Source: an uncultured Verrucomicrobiae bacterium (GTDB lineage: Bacteria > Verrucomicrobiota > Verrucomicrobiia > Chthoniobacterales > JAFAMB01). From it: DNA of 64,000 nt. Shown one piece after another: positions 62,001 to 64,000 of the stretch. Numbering within the stretch: the stretch's first letter is position 1; every line of letters starts with the position of its first letter. Both the position numbers and the translations under genes were made by a program. The stretch is taken from contig CAWIPH010000002.1 in the NCBI GenBank assembly GCA_963837955.1, forward strand, positions 1,952,001 through 2,016,000. Direction: 5' to 3'. The notes under the pieces were generated by a model that saw only the letters and a list, made by a program, of their open reading frames with translations, was not told the DNA's origin and did not search any database.

Positions 62001-64000
62001 AGCGCCCAATCTTTTCATAGGTTCGGTCCTGGCCCCTTCTAGCGGTTCATCTATTGTTGTAGTTGAAGCGACTGCCTATCAAGTTACGCTGCGAGCCGGA
62101 GCAGCCCTCACCGGGGCACAGGTCATCCTCGCCGCGACCCAGGGGGGGGTCACGCTCGAAACGGGCTCGACCATCACGACTTTGCGGGGTGGTTCACCGG
62201 GGATTGATTCTTCAGCCGGTTACTTGTTTACAAATGGAGAGCTTGCCCCAGCCGCTGTCGACGAACTTGGCTACTCGGTTGTATCGGTCTCTAACGGATC
62301 TTTCCTCCTGACTCCCACAGCCGTTTCATCTAAGGCTCATATGTTCGGGGGTCCAGTGAACATAAACGCTGGTGCATCGATCTACTCCGAAGGAAGCATT
62401 GGGTTCGCCAGTGGCACCAGTTTGAACCTGAGCGAACAGGTGAATCTTGGATCCCGTTTAATCGGGTTCGCTGTGGCCGATATCAACATCGGAACCGACA
62501 CCGCTCTGGCCGCGGGTATTCTGCCGAGCGGCCTCTCTTTCGGGCAAGTCCTGCTGGATCGATTAATTGCTGGAAATCCTGCAGTCGGCGCTCCTGGCCT
62601 CGAGACCCTTGTGTTCTCGGCATCGCAGTCGGTCAATTTTTATGGGTCGATCGATCTGGCTGCACCACACCTACAGCTCGTCTTCGGCACGCCCGCGTTC
62701 TACGGCGGGGGAACGTCCAAAGATAGTGTGACGATTACGGCCAATCAGGTAGTTTGGAATGGTCTCCTTGGGTTTGTGGCCGACAGCAGTGGGAACGTGA
62801 TTCCCGTCAACACAAATCCAGGGCCGGTAATCCCGGGAGGGCCCGGGACAGGCGCCGGTACGCTGAATATCGTTGCTAACCAGATCGTGTTTGGTTATTC
62901 GGCCACGGACCAACCGCAGAACCAAATCGAACTGAGCCGTCTGGCGCTCGGTTTCTCCGATGTCACGTTCACTGCCCGGCAAGAGATTACGGCAAATAAC
63001 AAAGGAAGCGTCTCGGTTTACTTGGCCCAGACAACCGGGCCAGGATCCTATACCGGCGGCAATCTGACCCTGGTTACACCCTTGTTAACTGGAACACCTG
63101 GATCGGTCTTGAGTTATAAGACAGGCGGAAACCTGACTTTGACGACACCGGCAGGCGTCCTCCCGACAACCGTGATGCCCGATAGCCTGGGCGCAGAGAT
63201 CAATCTTACCGGGAACACTATTACCGATTCCACCTCGATTATGGCGGCCAGCGGCAAAGTCACGCTGACGGCCACCGGCAGTATTAACCTGACCGGTGGT
63301 TCCCGGATCGATGTTTCCGGCCTGACGGTTGCGATGTTCGATCAGAAAGTGCCTACCTTTGGCGGCGATGTTTCACTCGAGAGCACCCAGGGCAACATCA
63401 CCCAGACCGCTCTGTCGGTGATTAATGTCTCGGCCAACGGCAACAACGCCGGAAGCTTAACCATCACTGCCACTGGGAACTCCGGCGGACAGGTCATGTT
63501 GGGCGGTACCTTTCTCGGCAGCAGTACGGGCAACTTTAGCTCGGGCTTCTTTGATGCCCGTGTCCAAAGCCTGGGTGATTTCAGCGCTCTCAACGCGCAG
63601 CTCAATCAAGGCGGCTTCTTTGGTTCCCGTTCTTTTGATATCAAACAGGGGAGCGTGCTCATCGCCGCTGGAACGACGATCAAGGCGCACACCGTAGACA
63701 TCTCCGTTGATAACGGGAGCCTGACGGTGAGCGGTGTGATCGATGCCAGCGGTACGGCACCCGGTTCGATCCGTTTGTCGGCGGGTGGAAACCTCGAACT
63801 AACTGCCAGCGCGGTCCTCGATGCTCATGGCAAGGTGCTGCAGGTGGATAGCTACGGCCAGCCGATCGATGCGAAAAACCGGGCCACGGTGGAGCTGACC
63901 GTTGCGGACGGGACCAACTCTTCCGTCGCAACATTGAACAATGGCCAAGGCATTCTCCTTCTGGATCCCGGTGCAACCATCAATCTCAGCTCGCCCGATG
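56017..64000 (+). CDS. Giant filamentous-haemagglutinin-family (TpsA-like) exoprotein, 5' part (at least 2,660 aa, runs off window)
   Basis: GGAG then ATG 56017. Frame 1 reads as protein in all segments checked up to the window end. TPS domain motifs QAILNWQTFNVG, NRILDPS..PSQILGSI and VYLINQNGIIFG, then G/S/T-rich beta-helix repeats. Confidence 0.92.
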   Translation, partial: MLMDLRKNLFSVPRRARSLGFAICYLLSAICYPRSVGAGDILRGGSSNSSTGPTSAAVGGNQAAMAQLKTNAKDILARATQALQSAQAMQQTARKLALAAPNNVPNGLKPGGLQVATGKNAFWQGANQPTQSVVNGQTTVTILQTAPQAILNWQTFNVGSNTTAYFNQSAGGNFANTWVALNRILDPSRAPSQILGSIKAQGQVYLINQNGIIFGGSSQVNVSSLLVAAAIITNNQFTTSGIYSPIVTGVYQPSFTGGSGPVLIQSGAEITTNAPPGIADRGGSVILLGHSVENDGSITTTNGQTLLAAGKSFNLLQGYSITPANSSSGNLTSTTLGTEVAVSQGGIAVNTGLIQATTGDITMVGSQVTQGGVAISTSSVSQRGTIHLLTPTVDLNSGKTFPGSSVTLAPGSVTLIEPDPNSGNALNPQRTAAYAQQLAYLTNAQLNATAGLNDDVSLPDRIGISRIEITTGGTVDFASGSLTSATAGQIAVSAGKQVFAGTGAELNVSGLVDVSLPMSANNLAVSIQGFELRDNPLNRDSKTLFNSTVYVDLGQLQQVPASSAYRQNRFYTAGGALEVSGELNNVNHSINEWSTIGGSITLSAGQVVAQSGSVFNIAGGSIQYQAGYLKQSYLIGSDGHIYNVNTAPAGISYLGVFQGFIVNHPRWNVTENFANIIVDPSQIYRPGYTVGRDAGSLTINAPTSIFEGTIEAGTIDGIRQNGTRPSSVPDPFLLPQTTVPLNGSLTVGTNYPQKPQPASQPIAVSTSNVVFANGNTSIATNLNPTAQLDPALLDTNTFSAQRISSAALGGLTVNVQAPVHPSTIPGKTNQGYLTISAPLLFADGAQVSLTAANVVISGGITAPSGSVTINALSYQVSPIIVTSFTIPRPIAGITLEPGAVINTQGLFTNALLDPSDLTGEAFINGGNVTLATNQGITLAAGSLIDASSGAAILPNRKTLNGAGGNITILADQVGNVIARPSKNPNVVLTPDVAHQVSSAPLILYGTLRSFGVKTDGALSLQAYSVVIGDSISPAASSQLVLSTSFFIQGFSSYTINGLTSLTVAPGANINVTSPVYQITPAVFKMPTGTDPAIALGRPTLMPVYVGNAATATVTQRPGASLTLESGINPAIRPKTTAIDPSTIIDLQEGAFGGNIEIGLGASIVVDPNQSVTLQSGGQITVNGAIRAPAGTIAIANNRQLGGLGKTYNPGALSIWLGSNSVLDVAGNAYTTKDQFGRTYGVVQNGGSIILGSQGGVDSMFFSELSTDAFVIIRPGALLDVSGASAVLDPLAGTAPGMFDSSQLSGVPTAPVLVASNGGSITLSSYDGIFNDGTMRAFAGGRGAAGGTLSVILESPVYTLNKNQISGPQETQIPAVPATLNVPRIMTVGQGTPTDPLPIILQPGQTDPDLQVGQAYVSANAINQGGFANVSLYAGNQIAFAGSSILRAPESITLTALNLVGSKRGASTQIIAPYVKFSSPVTFVPISGGSPPFYSLELGVSNSVVVVKNFAVVADLIDFQGATDVGLPSNYPNFLLPQKSEVSFFSSGDIRFVAPVPNGTGGSPSSSVAAPDSISLSAAQIYPATGVSGSISAADTISIGRTGGPAPAVPYSVFGTLSLTAATIEQAGVLRAPLGSIVLTANRAPSVRDSGSVDLLPGSITSVSANGLTIPYGGTTDGVRYTVNGNSVTFPSLVGNANSISPSAGQFVIGITINALSVAGSKGSLIDLSGGGTLTGAGFISGRGGSVDVLSTPLINQNPTNTFSTAGSTVYAILPGGPDYAPSGASTNIPYTGGVPGIGQQITIPAGVPGLAPGVYTLLPSNYALLPGAYRVELGGAAAPLNQLPVIPVTGGSFLVTAYGGIANTGIQSSQPLRAIITSGTTVRDDSQYDEESYSSFALAQAAQFHNVAPLLPADAKTLVLNFAVPTARLSALTFNGAANFSPGPGGVSGSLLVEIPTLDSFNTPLRTNLLEITGQGAIPTRGWVSVSAAALDAFGAPNLFIGSVLAPSSGSSIVVVEATAYQVTLRAGAALTGAQVILAATQGGVTLETGSTITTLRGGSPGIDSSAGYLFTNGELAPAAVDELGYSVVSVSNGSFLLTPTAVSSKAHMFGGPVNINAGASIYSEGSIGFASGTSLNLSEQVNLGSRLIGFAVADINIGTDTALAAGILPSGLSFGQVLLDRLIAGNPAVGAPGLETLVFSASQSVNFYGSIDLAAPHLQLVFGTPAFYGGGTSKDSVTITANQVVWNGLLGFVADSSGNVIPVNTNPGPVIPGGPGTGAGTLNIVANQIVFGYSATDQPQNQIELSRLALGFSDVTFTARQEITANNKGSVSVYLAQTTGPGSYTGGNLTLVTPLLTGTPGSVLSYKTGGNLTLTTPAGVLPTTVMPDSLGAEINLTGNTITDSTSIMAASGKVTLTATGSINLTGGSRIDVSGLTVAMFDQKVPTFGGDVSLESTQGNITQTALSVINVSANGNNAGSLTITATGNSGGQVMLGGTFLGSSTGNFSSGFFDARVQSLGDFSALNAQLNQGGFFGSRSFDIKQGSVLIAAGTTIKAHTVDISVDNGSLTVSGVIDASGTAPGSIRLSAGGNLELTASAVLDAHGKVLQVDSYGQPIDAKNRATVELTVADGTNSSVATLNNGQGILLLDPGATINLSSPD
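56077..56118 (+). repeat. Heptamer tandem array (T(T/C)TGCTA)n inside the signal-peptide coding region
   Basis: TTTGCTA TCTGCTA TTTGCTA TCTGCCA TTTGCTA TCCGCGA, encoding FAICYLLSAICYPR. Confidence 0.85.

Overview
This is a 64-kb bacterial chromosomal window. Gene content and protein style suggest Verrucomicrobiota (Chthoniobacterales-like), which is an inference. Housekeeping and metabolic genes include partial thiG, ald, hpnH-shc-serA, bioF, proC, a MacAB-like ABC operon, clpB, hppD/IclR/hmgA, cystathionine beta-synthase and gamma-lyase, thrC, HPr and tRNA-Ala(CGC). A filamentous-haemagglutinin-like ORF of more than 2,660 aa starts at 56017 and runs off the end; it is missing from the ORF track. 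The most striking signal is intergenic. There are at least five REP/REPIN-like palindrome families, and a REP-associated tyrosine transposase (RAYT) whose two different ends recur as a gene-less 181-bp element. Inverted 7-mer tandem arrays bracket a four-helix-bundle (Avd/IVP-like) gene, occur as empty pairs, and in one case encode the hydrophobic core of the giant protein's signal peptide. Both IS elements (IS481, IS1182) sit inside these repeats. Also seen: a collapsed tRNA-integrated element with an integrase fragment, a frameshifted Old Yellow Enzyme gene with ArsR-type operators, and an unannotated 41-aa small ORF with RBS and terminator. No CRISPR array or rRNA was found.
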